Assembly (NCBI GenBank): GCA_038523235.1
Contig: JBCBJQ010000006.1
Coordinates: 1-64,000 of the forward strand
DNA length: 64,000 nt
Direction of reading: 5' to 3'
Origin: Cyanobacteria bacterium J06626_4
Lineage (GTDB): Bacteria; Cyanobacteriota; Cyanobacteriia; Phormidesmidales; Phormidesmidaceae
The position numbers and the translations under genes are program-made. How positions within the stretch are numbered: position 1 is the stretch's first letter; each line of letters begins with the position of its first letter. Shown one piece after another: positions 30,370 to 39,577 of this stretch. The notes under the pieces were generated by a model, which saw only the letters and a program-made list of their open reading frames with translations, was not told where the DNA came from and did not search any database.

Positions 30370-31074
30370 ATGGGTACCTGGATCAAGGAAACAAGTAAAG
30401 CGATATACCTGATGGAAGGGGGGTATTGGATTTCCAAACTGTCCAAATATCCTTCCTCAACGAATCCTAAAGAGATGGTGTTGAACATCGCGGCGATTCG
30501 GTCTTGGTTTACCCGCGCTGACTATCCTCGGGCGATGACGGTATCCCTCACCACCCACAGTGAACCGCCGCCCAAACCCGCTCCACCGCCCCCCCCACCC
30601 AGCTCTGGCACTGATCACATCAGCAGTGACGGCCTGACGCTCGTCAAGCACTTTGAAGGGCGAGAGCTGCAGGCCTATCAAGACTCCGTTGGCGTGTGGA
30701 CGATTGGCTATGGCCATACCTCAGCGGCTGGCCCCCCCACCGTGTATGCCGGTCAAACCATTAGCGAAGCCGAAGCGGAGAGCATTCTCCAAAAAGATCT
30801 AGAGCTATTTGAAAACGGCGTCCGCGATTTAGTCACGGTGCCGATCAACGGCGATCAGTTTTCAGCGCTCGTCTCGTTTAGCTTCAATTTGGGATTAGGG
30901 GCTTTGGGCGGCTCAACTCTGCTGCGCAAGCTCAACTCAGGCGACTACCAAGGCGCTGCTAATGAGTTTCCGCGCTGGGTTAATGCGGGGGGGCAACCGT
31001 TACCAGGTTTGGTGCGGCGGCGCGATGCCGAACAGGCGCTTTTCCTCAGCCAAGATTACACCCGATTTTTGTGA
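30370..31074 (+). CDS. GH24 lysozyme (muramidase) with uncharacterised N-terminal domain, copy 1
   Basis: EGRELQAYQDSVGVWTIGYGHT (E-x8-D-x5-T), QFSALVSFSFNLG, GLVRRRDAE; ATG 30370 aligns with the paralog start. Confidence 0.92.
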   Translation: MGTWIKETSKAIYLMEGGYWISKLSKYPSSTNPKEMVLNIAAIRSWFTRADYPRAMTVSLTTHSEPPPKPAPPPPPPSSGTDHISSDGLTLVKHFEGRELQAYQDSVGVWTIGYGHTSAAGPPTVYAGQTISEAEAESILQKDLELFENGVRDLVTVPINGDQFSALVSFSFNLGLGALGGSTLLRKLNSGDYQGAANEFPRWVNAGGQPLPGLVRRRDAEQALFLSQDYTRFL

Positions 31075-31167
31075 GGTTGAGAGAGGGGTCAACCTCATCG
31101 CGATGGCGCGATCGCCCCCCGGCTTGACTAACGACTTGAGCTCACTATTGACCGCAGGCATATCGAC

Positions 31168-31890
31168 ATGGGCACCTGGATTAAAGAAACAAGCAAAGCT
31201 ATCTACCTCATGCAGGGTGGGTACTGGATTTCGCGACTGACGAAGTATCCCTCATCGACTAACCCGGAAGAGCAAGTCCTCAATGTGACCGCGATTCGCT
31301 CTTGGTTTACCCGTGAAGACTATCCCCGCGCCATGACCGTGTCTCCCGAAGGGGCCGAACCGAACATGATTCCCGCGCCCCCGAAGCCGCCAATGCCCAC
31401 CACGCCCCCGTCCAGCGCCGGCACTGATCACATCAACAGCGATGGGTTAACCATTGTGAAACGCTGCGAAGGGCGAGAGCTGCAGGCCTATCAAGATTCC
31501 GTCGGGGTTTGGACGATTGGCTATGGTCATACGTCTGCAGCGGGGCCACCAACGGTGTACGCCGGTCAGACGATTAGCGAAGCCGAGGCCGAGAGCATTC
31601 TCCAAAAAGATCTAGAGCTGTTTGAAAACGGCGTGCGCGACTTAGTTAAAGTGCCGATTAATAGTGACCAGTTTTCGGCCCTTGTCTCGTTTAGCTTTAA
31701 CCTGGGATTGGGCGCGTTGGGGGACTCAACCCTGCTGAGAAAGCTCAATGCGGGTGACTATCAAGGGGCCGCTGATGAGTTTCCGCGCTGGGTGAAAGCG
31801 GGGGGACAAACCTTGCTCGGCTTAGTTAAACGCCGCGATGCGGAGCGAGCCTTGTTTTTGAGTCAGCCCTATGCGCACTTCTTGCCGTAA
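31168..31890 (+). CDS. GH24 lysozyme with uncharacterised N-terminal domain, copy 2
   Basis: Same motifs; close tandem paralog of 30370..31074. Confidence 0.92.
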   Translation: MGTWIKETSKAIYLMQGGYWISRLTKYPSSTNPEEQVLNVTAIRSWFTREDYPRAMTVSPEGAEPNMIPAPPKPPMPTTPPSSAGTDHINSDGLTIVKRCEGRELQAYQDSVGVWTIGYGHTSAAGPPTVYAGQTISEAEAESILQKDLELFENGVRDLVKVPINSDQFSALVSFSFNLGLGALGDSTLLRKLNAGDYQGAADEFPRWVKAGGQTLLGLVKRRDAERALFLSQPYAHFLP

Positions 31891-31995
31891 TCTGAGACCA
31901 GTGGGTTAGTAGCTCGCTTACGGCGGGACGGGGTATTGCGGCCGATTGTTCTAAAATTTTTCGACCCTCAGGTTTTTTGATCGAGGTTGCTTGTC

Positions 31996-32394
31996 ATGTC
32001 TGACGCTCAAGATGTCTCTACGCTCCAAACGGCAGAAGCCCTCTGCCAAGCCTATGTTGCGGGTCAGCGGGCGTTTTCGGGATTGAGTCTAAATCAAGCG
32101 GATTTGCGCGAGCGTGATCTCAAGGGGGCCGACCTGAGCTATGCCGAACTCAGCGACGCTGACCTGACCCGCGCTAACCTGCGGGGAACTGATCTCAGCT
32201 ATGCCTCTTTGCGATCGGCTAATCTCACAGAGACTGACTTAAGAGGTGCGATGCTCATCGGCACCGATTTGCGCCAGGCGCGGCTGACCGGTACCCAACT
32301 GCATGATGCCGACTACGATCCGGCGGAAACGCTCTTTCCTAAAGGTTTTGACCCGGCTCAAGCCGGGATGAAGCAAGATCGCCAGCCGTCCTAA
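31996..32394 (+). CDS. Pentapeptide repeat protein
   Basis: A(D/N)LXX repeats (ADLSY, ADLTR, ANLRG, TDLSY). Confidence 0.92.
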   Translation: MSDAQDVSTLQTAEALCQAYVAGQRAFSGLSLNQADLRERDLKGADLSYAELSDADLTRANLRGTDLSYASLRSANLTETDLRGAMLIGTDLRQARLTGTQLHDADYDPAETLFPKGFDPAQAGMKQDRQPS

Positions 32395-33038
32395 CTTTGG
32401 AGCTGATGCCCGCAGTTGGCACAAAAGCGATCGCTCGGCTGTACTGCCGCGCCGCACTGACTACAAAAGTTGGCGACCTTAGGGGCAGCATTTGCGGCTG
32501 GCAAAGGGCTCGACGGAGCCGCCGGCGGCGTGGTCTCAGCGGCGGCATTACCCATCTGCATTTCCATATTGCCCATGCGCATTTGCATCGGGTTGGCATT
32601 CATTTCCATATTGCCCATGGTCATCGGCGCTAGCGGCGGTATCGGGTCGATCGGCTGCATGGGGGGCATCGGTGGCATGGGATCCATCGACGGCATGGGG
32701 GGCATTGGCGGCATCGGTGGGGGACTATTGGGCATGGAGGTAGCGATGCCCATCTGCATTTGCTGAGCGTTTCCTAAATTGGGAGTTTGGACCATGAGGC
32801 CCAGTTGGTTGCCCTGCAGTTGAATGTGATGGTTGCCCTGGGCGGTCGTCAGCCGAATGACCAGGCCTTGCACTGTGCGAAACAGCTCTGGTGGTGCCGT
32901 CCAGACGCCGGTGGTGAACTGACTGCCTGACTGCTGCTGTTGCCCAGCGCTACTCGTCGCCAGCGTGATGGTGGTTTGTTCGCCGACGTTGTTTAAGAAG
33001 ACTCTTTGGCCAGAGCCCAAATCACAGGTATATGCCAT
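32391..33038 (-). CDS. Zinc-ribbon domain protein with Met/Pro-rich central region
   Basis: C-terminal FCSQCG...FCANCG; PPM repeats; MGNMEM repeats. Confidence 0.85.
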   Translation of the reverse strand: MAYTCDLGSGQRVFLNNVGEQTTITLATSSAGQQQQSGSQFTTGVWTAPPELFRTVQGLVIRLTTAQGNHHIQLQGNQLGLMVQTPNLGNAQQMQMGIATSMPNSPPPMPPMPPMPSMDPMPPMPPMQPIDPIPPLAPMTMGNMEMNANPMQMRMGNMEMQMGNAAAETTPPAAPSSPLPAANAAPKVANFCSQCGAAVQPSDRFCANCGHQLQS

Positions 33039-33216
33039 GGTAATAAGCTGTCACTATCCTTCCTTTGAAACATCGAGGCGGCTAAGCGCAGGATGACGCT
33101 GCGTTCATCCGTTGCTTACTCAGTGCTGTGGTATTGGTAAACTCCGTTGCCCAAAAATCTATCCTAAAGACATCTGATCAAAACTGAAAAATTTGTGACT
33201 TTATCAGCTCAGTAAT

Positions 33217-35058
33217 TTAGAAATCGCCGTGATTCGCGATCGCGCTGGTCAGCCGTTCCATCACTTCATCGACGAGAATGGCCCCCAGTTCACCAGCGGC
33301 GCGGGTGCGAATGCTGAGGGCATTGGCCTCCTGCTCTTTGGCTCCCACAATCGCCATGACCGGGATTTTGCCTTTTTCGCCATTGCGAATCAGCTTGCCG
33401 AGGCGATCACCGCTGGTATCCACTTCGGCACGAATGCCTTGGCCTACCAGGCGATCGCACACCTGCTGGGCATAGCCCATAAGTTCGGTGGTGACGGGCA
33501 GCAGGCGAATCTGCACCGGCGCCAACCAAACGGGAAAATCGCCCGCATATTCTTCAATCAGAATGCCGATCAGGCGCTCTAGAGAACCAAAGGGCGCCCG
33601 GTGAATCATCACCGGGCGCTGGCGGCTGCCATCTTCGGTCACATATTCCAGCTCAAACCGTTCGGGCAGATTGTAGTCAACCTGCACAGTGCCCAACTGC
33701 CATTCGCGATCCAACGCATCGGTGAAAATAAAGTCGAGTTTCGGGCCGTAAAACGCCGCTTCGCCCACGCCCTCAAAGTAGTCCATACCCAATGTTTCTA
33801 CCGCGCGTCGAATGGCATTCTCCGACGTTTCCCACACTTCATCCGAGCCGATGTATTTGTCAGAATCGGGATCACGGAAGCTGAGCCGCGCCTTAAACTG
33901 CTTAAGTTGTAGGCTCTTGAACACGGTGAGGATTAAATCCACCACTTTCAAAAACTCATCATCGAGCTGCTCGGGTGTCACGAACAGGTGCGCATCATCG
34001 ACGGTGAAGCCGCGCACGCGGGTCAGCCCGCCCAACTCGCCCGACTGCTCGTAGCGATAAACGGTGCCAAATTCCGCCAGGCGAATCGGCAGCTCTCGAT
34101 AAGACCGCAGCTCACTCTTAAAAATCTGAATGTGGAACGGACAGTTCATCGGCTTCATGACAAAGCCCAGTTCGTCAGCGCGATCGCCGTCATCCTCGGC
34201 CATCATTGGGAACATGTCTTCTTTATACTTTTGCCAGTGCCCCGAAGTTTTGAAGAGATCCGTGCGGGCGATATGGGGCGTAACGACGGGCAAATAGCCC
34301 CGCTTGAGCTGCTCCTTCTTCAGGAAATCTTCTAGAGTCGATCGCAAGAGAGTGCCTTTGGGTGTCCACAATGGCAATCCCGGCCCGACGATATCGGTGA
34401 AGATAAACAGCCCCAGCTCTTTCCCCAATTTGCGGTGGTCGCGGCGTTTGGCTTCTTCGCGGCGGCGCTTATATTCCGCCAGCTGTTCGGGAGTTTCCCA
34501 GGCGGTGCCATAGATGCGCTGCAGCTGCGCCTTGCTGGAATCACCGCGCCAATAGGCTCCCGCGACCGATTCCAGTTCAAAGGCCTTCGGGTGCAAATCT
34601 TTGGTGGTTTCTACGTGGGGGCCAGCGCAGAGATCCCACCAGTCCTCACCCAGGTGATATATCGTAATCGGGTCTTCCAGCCCTTCTAAGATCTCTAGTT
34701 TGTAAGACTCCCCGAGTGCTTGGATGCGGCGCTGAGCTTCTTCCCGGCTCACCTCTTCCCGCTCAACCGGCAAACCCTTATTGATGATTTTGATCATCTG
34801 CTTTTTAATCGCCTTGAGATCCTTTTCGGTAAAGGCGTCAGGGCTATCGAAGTCATAATAAAAGCCGTAGTCAATCGACGGGCCGATGGTGACCTGCGCC
34901 TTGGGAAACAGCTTTTGCACCGCCATCGCCATCACATGGGAAAACGTATGGCGAATGCGCTTAAGCTTTTCCGACTCGTTGGTGCGAGGAAGATGAATCT
35001 TTTCGGGCAGGTCGTCGGCTTGATCCATAGTGAGCGGGTGAGAGGATGGCGAGGTCAC
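33217..35058 (-). CDS. thrS: Threonine--tRNA ligase
   Basis: IRHTFSHVMA, DLCAGPH, RDHRKLG, KPMNCPFH, AFYGPKLD, IHRAPFGSLER. Confidence 0.98.
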   Translation of the reverse strand: MTSPSSHPLTMDQADDLPEKIHLPRTNESEKLKRIRHTFSHVMAMAVQKLFPKAQVTIGPSIDYGFYYDFDSPDAFTEKDLKAIKKQMIKIINKGLPVEREEVSREEAQRRIQALGESYKLEILEGLEDPITIYHLGEDWWDLCAGPHVETTKDLHPKAFELESVAGAYWRGDSSKAQLQRIYGTAWETPEQLAEYKRRREEAKRRDHRKLGKELGLFIFTDIVGPGLPLWTPKGTLLRSTLEDFLKKEQLKRGYLPVVTPHIARTDLFKTSGHWQKYKEDMFPMMAEDDGDRADELGFVMKPMNCPFHIQIFKSELRSYRELPIRLAEFGTVYRYEQSGELGGLTRVRGFTVDDAHLFVTPEQLDDEFLKVVDLILTVFKSLQLKQFKARLSFRDPDSDKYIGSDEVWETSENAIRRAVETLGMDYFEGVGEAAFYGPKLDFIFTDALDREWQLGTVQVDYNLPERFELEYVTEDGSRQRPVMIHRAPFGSLERLIGILIEEYAGDFPVWLAPVQIRLLPVTTELMGYAQQVCDRLVGQGIRAEVDTSGDRLGKLIRNGEKGKIPVMAIVGAKEQEANALSIRTRAAGELGAILVDEVMERLTSAIANHGDF

Positions 35059-35409
35059 AACAGATAGTCTACAAGGGAAGGTTAAAGTCCTACCGGGTTC
35101 TGCTGCTGCTTTTATCCTAATCGGTGAGATCGCGGTTGGGGGCGGCGATCGCGTCTAGTCCCAGCGAATCCACCCCTTGGATGTAGCCGTGAAGGGCCAG
35201 GGGTGAATTTTGACCTCAACCCTCGTCCCAAAGTCGTCAAGAGGGGGGCGTTTCTCCTCAGATTTCGGCAATGTGTTGACTAGTGGAGCCGCGCTTGACA
35301 GCACTCACCCAGCACCCTAAGGTCAAAGCCTAGTGACTCAGCGGGCGATCGCTGCCGCTGACCGTCGCCCTGCCATTGCTCCCGCCCTCTTACAGGAATT
35401 TAGCCGCCC

Positions 35410-35706
35410 ATGCGTTGCACTATCATTAGCCGTGCCGGACAAGTTCTTGCCCACGGACGGCTGTTTATCAGTCATGAAGAAGACGGCCTGCGACTCAATT
35501 TAGAAACAGATCGCGGTCTGATTTTGCCGGGTGGTCTGCTCGAAGACGATGGCGACATGACGGTGGCGAGCGGCGTGCTGGCAGATCAGTTTTTTGATGT
35601 GTGGGGCATGAGCGACCTCACCTTGAGCATTCAATGCGGCCATCAAGGCGATGCCCCCAACGGCATGTTGCCGCCCTCTGGCGATATCGATATGTCGCTG
35701 CTGTAA
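35410..35706 (+). CDS. Hypothetical protein
   Basis: 98-aa ATG ORF with AGGA upstream, co-oriented with the NACHT gene. Confidence 0.6.
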   Translation: MRCTIISRAGQVLAHGRLFISHEEDGLRLNLETDRGLILPGGLLEDDGDMTVASGVLADQFFDVWGMSDLTLSIQCGHQGDAPNGMLPPSGDIDMSLL

Positions 35707-35774
35707 AAATCATTCAGTCCCCATCGCCGCGCAAAATTTGGCGCTATCGTTGGCCTTAAGCGTTGGAGCAAGCG

Positions 35775-37976
35775 ATGGCTTTTTGGGAAAGTGCAATTAG
35801 TGGCATCGCGGTCACAATTGTTGAGCAATCAATTAAAGCTGGTGGTTGGGTCGGCAACCAAATGAAAAAAGCCTACCAAGACACTCAGCAGTGGCAAAGG
35901 CTTGACCAAGCTAATAAGGACTACGTGCAGCGCTACGAAAAGCGCCACTGCCAGGTGAAGATGATGCCGGGGCTGATGAAGGAGCCCTTGCCCCTAGAAG
36001 ATATCTACACGGCGGTGAAGCTGCTGGATGATGACAGTATTGGCGCTTTTATCCGGGTAGATGACCTAGAAGAAACCTATCGGGCCAAAGGGCGACGTAG
36101 CTTTGGCCGAGATGAGGGGGAGCGACAAGACGGTATCCCGGTTGCCAATGCCGAGCCGTATTTGATGGTGCTGGGCGGCCCTGGTATCGGTAAATCGACC
36201 TTTTTACGCAAGATTGGCCTGGAAGCGCTGAAAAAAGACGGTCAGATTAAGCGCGACTGCATTCCGGTGCTGATTGAGCTGAAGGAACTGCGCGATGAAA
36301 CCGTTGACCTGAAGCAAAAGCTGGTGGCGGAGTTTGAGACCTGTGGCTTTCCGGCAGCGGCGGCGTTTACTGCAGCCTCGTTAGAGCAGGGCAAACTGCT
36401 GGTGCTGCTGGACGGGCTGGATGAAGTGCCCACCCGTAACCTCAACACGGTGATTGAGCACATCGAAGATTTTGTCGATGCCCATGACCAAAATACGTTT
36501 GTCGCCTCTTGCCGCATCGCCGCCTATCGCGGCAGTCAGGGCACTTTCTTTCAGCGCTTTACCGATGTCACCCTGGCCGAGTTTGATGACGAGCAAATTG
36601 AGCAGTTCATTCGCCGCTGGTTTCGTTCAGAGCTGGATCAGCAGACCGGTACCGCTGACAAATATTGGGAGCTGTTGCAAAAGGACGAAAACCAAGCCAC
36701 GAAAGAACTGGCTCAAACGCCGCTGCTGCTGACGTTTCTTTGTTTGGTTTACGATCGTCAGCAAATGCTGCCGACCCAACGCAGCACCCTGTATGGCAAG
36801 GCGCTCGATATTTTGCTGTCGGAATGGTCGGCCCAAAAGCGACTAGAGCATGATCCGATTTACGAAGGCTTTCACCCCGATTTAGAAAAGGTGCTGCTGG
36901 CGCAGATTGCCTACGACAGCTTTAAGCAAGACCAACTGTTCTTTTTGAAGGATGATATTACCCGCCGCATCGGTGAGTTTTTGGCCGATACGTTGGATGC
37001 ACCCAAGCACTTGGATGGAGCAGCGGTATTAAGCGCAATTGAACGACAGCAGGGTATTTTGGTCGAGCGAGCTACCGATATCTATTCGTTTTCACACCTG
37101 ACGCTGCAAGAATATCTCACGGCATTTCATATTGTGGAAGCGCGGTTAGAAGCTGAGGTAATCAAGCAGCATTTGACTGACGAGCGCTGGCGCGAGGTGT
37201 TTTTGTTGATGTCAGGCCTAAGCGGCAATCGCGCCATCGACCTGCTGCAGGGGCTATATAGTCAGTCACAGACCTACCGGCAAGGGTATCTTAGGCTTGG
37301 CCAACTGCTTCAGTGGACCAGCGATAGTACTGCTGGTTCTGGAAACATGTACTTACCACTAGCTAAAAGAGCCAGTGCGCTGGCGACAGCGATCTCGTTC
37401 ACCTTTGCCTTTGCTAGCGCCATCGCCAGAAACAGCGACAGCGACAGCGCCATCTCCTTTGCCAGCGCCAGCGTTCTCGACAGCGCCATCTCCATCGCCA
37501 GAAACAGCGACAGCACCATCATCAGAAACATTTTCGACGACCCCTTCGAAAGCGATATCGCCAACGACATCGCTTTCACCATTGCCTTCGGCGTCGCCAA
37601 TGCCAGCACCAACCCCAGAACCAGCGCTAGGGCTAGAATCAGCGCTAGAGTCAGCAATGTTGCTAACGACCTTGAGCATATATTTGAAAGCCCTAAATTT
37701 GCAGATTTGCCCGCTCAGTCAAAACAGCTGTCAGATCAGGTGCCTGACGAGAAAGATGCTCCCGAAGCTTGGCAAGCCTGGGCCGATGAGCTGGAAGCAC
37801 TCTGGTTAGATGCCCTTGACCTTGATCGCGCCGACCTGACCTTCACACAGGAAGAAACCGAAGCTCTACGCGACTATCTGTACGCGACGGAGCTGCTGAT
37901 TTGCTGTAAGGATGCGGCGGTGCGCATTCCTAAGCAGGCATGGGCTGAGCTGGAGGCGCGTTTGCTCATGGTGTAG
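35775..37976 (+). CDS. NACHT-domain (STAND) NTPase
   Basis: Walker A GGPGIGKST, Walker B LVLLDGLDEV, SCR, TPLLL, FSHLTLQEY, WREV; helical C-terminus. Confidence 0.92.
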   Translation: MAFWESAISGIAVTIVEQSIKAGGWVGNQMKKAYQDTQQWQRLDQANKDYVQRYEKRHCQVKMMPGLMKEPLPLEDIYTAVKLLDDDSIGAFIRVDDLEETYRAKGRRSFGRDEGERQDGIPVANAEPYLMVLGGPGIGKSTFLRKIGLEALKKDGQIKRDCIPVLIELKELRDETVDLKQKLVAEFETCGFPAAAAFTAASLEQGKLLVLLDGLDEVPTRNLNTVIEHIEDFVDAHDQNTFVASCRIAAYRGSQGTFFQRFTDVTLAEFDDEQIEQFIRRWFRSELDQQTGTADKYWELLQKDENQATKELAQTPLLLTFLCLVYDRQQMLPTQRSTLYGKALDILLSEWSAQKRLEHDPIYEGFHPDLEKVLLAQIAYDSFKQDQLFFLKDDITRRIGEFLADTLDAPKHLDGAAVLSAIERQQGILVERATDIYSFSHLTLQEYLTAFHIVEARLEAEVIKQHLTDERWREVFLLMSGLSGNRAIDLLQGLYSQSQTYRQGYLRLGQLLQWTSDSTAGSGNMYLPLAKRASALATAISFTFAFASAIARNSDSDSAISFASASVLDSAISIARNSDSTIIRNIFDDPFESDIANDIAFTIAFGVANASTNPRTSARARISARVSNVANDLEHIFESPKFADLPAQSKQLSDQVPDEKDAPEAWQAWADELEALWLDALDLDRADLTFTQEETEALRDYLYATELLICCKDAAVRIPKQAWAELEARLLMV
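37398..37670 (+). repeat. Low-complexity hexamer-derived repeat segment inside the NACHT gene
   Basis: Runs of gcc/agc/gac/atc codons; direct repeat ccatcgccagaaacagcgacagc at ~37420 and ~37492. Confidence 0.8.
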
Positions 37977-38154
37977 CTACCGTGCCGTTTGGGCACTGCG
38001 TCGATCGCTCACGCTGGGAACAATCCTTTGCCGCGATCGCTCTACAAATGCAAGTAGGGTGAGCATCGCCACACGATTTGTTGTGTTGAGTCTTGATGGG
38101 GACTGACTGCTCTACGCTGAGTGAGTGCCCCTTTATACTTACTGCATTTATTTG

Positions 38155-39435
38155 ATGATTAACTTCAACGCTTTACGTCACCTGGCGAGCGGCCTGGCCC
38201 TTTCTCTCACCGTCGGCCTGGTGACCGGAACCGCCACCCCAAGCCCGAGTGAGGCAAACGAATTGCCGCCTCAACTGGCCCAAGCCACGGTGGCCTTTTC
38301 CGATATTAGCGGCAACCTCTATGAAGCCGAAATTATTCGAGCGGCGCAGCTGGGCCTGATTGCTGGCCCGGGCGATGGCACTTTTCGCCCCAACAACACC
38401 GTCACCCGTGAGCAAGCCGTGTCGATTATTTTGGCCTACGGCGGGGTCACCAATGCCGCGACCAGCGAGGCGACCAATCCCTTTAGCGACGTGCCAGCGG
38501 GCCGTTGGAGCGCCGACAAAATTGCCTATGCGGCGCAAATCCGCATTGTGGCGGGCCGAGGCGATGGTCGTTTTGACCCGACGGCCACCGTCACCCGCGC
38601 CGAGCTGATGTCGATGCTCGACAATGCCCAAGATTTTTTTGCCGCGCCACGCGAGCCTTTCCCTGAGCCTAACTTCACTTTTTCCGATATGACGGGTCAT
38701 TGGGCAGCGGATACCGTCGCTTGGATGACTCAATTTTGTGACGGTGTGGCCCGGCCCCTCAACGAGTCGGGCACGGCCTTTGCCCCCGATGCCGGTGCCA
38801 CCCGTGCCTACACAGCGGCGGCGGTGACCCGCTTAGCGGACTGTGCTGACTACGAAAATGGCACGGCACCCTCGGGTGCGATCGCCCCCGAGGTGAGCCA
38901 ACCGCCGCCGCCAGAGACGCCACAGGTGGCTGGGGCGATCGATCAAACGACGATCACGGCCCTGCTAGAGGCCCACAACCGTTACCGCGCCGAGGTAGGG
39001 GTGCCGCCGCTCACCTGGTCGCCGACCTTAGCGGCAGGGGCCCAAGCCTGGGCCAATGCTTTAGTGTTTGAACATAGCAGTGGCAGCGGCGTGGGCGAAA
39101 ATCTGGCCGTCGATGTGGGCTCTGACGCCAGCCTGACGTCGATTTTGGGGCTAGTCGATAATTGGGCGGTGGAAAAGAACAATAACTATATCCCCGGCAT
39201 CTCCTTTAGTGAAGCAAGGACCCGAGCGTCTGGCGTAATTGGGCATTACACCCAAATGGTTTGGCGCGATACGACGGAGGTCGGCTGTGGGGTGGCGCGA
39301 GGCGTGCATCGCGATGGCAATGGCGGCGTGCTGTTCCCGAGTTTTGTCGATCAGGCGGGAAATCCGGTGCCGGGTAATTATTTGGTCTGCCGGTATAGTC
39401 CCCAAGGCAACATCTTGAATCAAGTGCCGTACTAG
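38155..39435 (+). CDS. Exported SLH-domain protein with C-terminal CAP/SCP domain
   Basis: SLH repeats (DGTFRPNNTVTREQ, FSDVP, FDPTATVTRAE, FSDMTGHWA); CAP motifs HNRYR, GENL, GHYTQMVW, VCRYSPQGN. Confidence 0.92.
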   Translation: MINFNALRHLASGLALSLTVGLVTGTATPSPSEANELPPQLAQATVAFSDISGNLYEAEIIRAAQLGLIAGPGDGTFRPNNTVTREQAVSIILAYGGVTNAATSEATNPFSDVPAGRWSADKIAYAAQIRIVAGRGDGRFDPTATVTRAELMSMLDNAQDFFAAPREPFPEPNFTFSDMTGHWAADTVAWMTQFCDGVARPLNESGTAFAPDAGATRAYTAAAVTRLADCADYENGTAPSGAIAPEVSQPPPPETPQVAGAIDQTTITALLEAHNRYRAEVGVPPLTWSPTLAAGAQAWANALVFEHSSGSGVGENLAVDVGSDASLTSILGLVDNWAVEKNNNYIPGISFSEARTRASGVIGHYTQMVWRDTTEVGCGVARGVHRDGNGGVLFPSFVDQAGNPVPGNYLVCRYSPQGNILNQVPY

Positions 39436-39561
39436 GGGCTGTCATCAATTAGCGGTTAAGTCCTAATGCTGAAAGCAGTTCAGCCCCTAGCCAATTTTAC
39501 AGAGCGGGCGCGGTAATGCCTATACCGAAAGCATTCTGGGTTTAATTGATAACGCGCCCTA
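39433..39561. mobile_element. MITE (~125 bp) with imperfect terminal inverted repeats flanked by TA
   Basis: ta-ggggctgtcatcaatta ... taattgataacgcgccc-ta; 15/19 match including the flanking TA. Confidence 0.65.
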
Positions 39562-39577
39562 AGGGAAGGGGGCTGTT

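Noticed and set aside
30370..31890. Prophage lysis cassette
   Set aside because: No holin, spanin, structural, terminase or integrase genes; flanks are ordinary chromosomal genes
35295..35330. CIRCE element
   Set aside because: Only a partial left half (cagcactc); no GAGTGCTAA at 9-nt spacing
37310..37809. Overlapping ORFs 37310..37657(-), 37359..37679(-) and 37375..37809(+)
   Set aside because: By-products of the stop-poor NNC repeat tract within the NACHT gene
35763..37976. Complete diversity-generating retroelement
   Set aside because: No reverse transcriptase, Avd or template repeat in the window; kept only as a testable variant in findings
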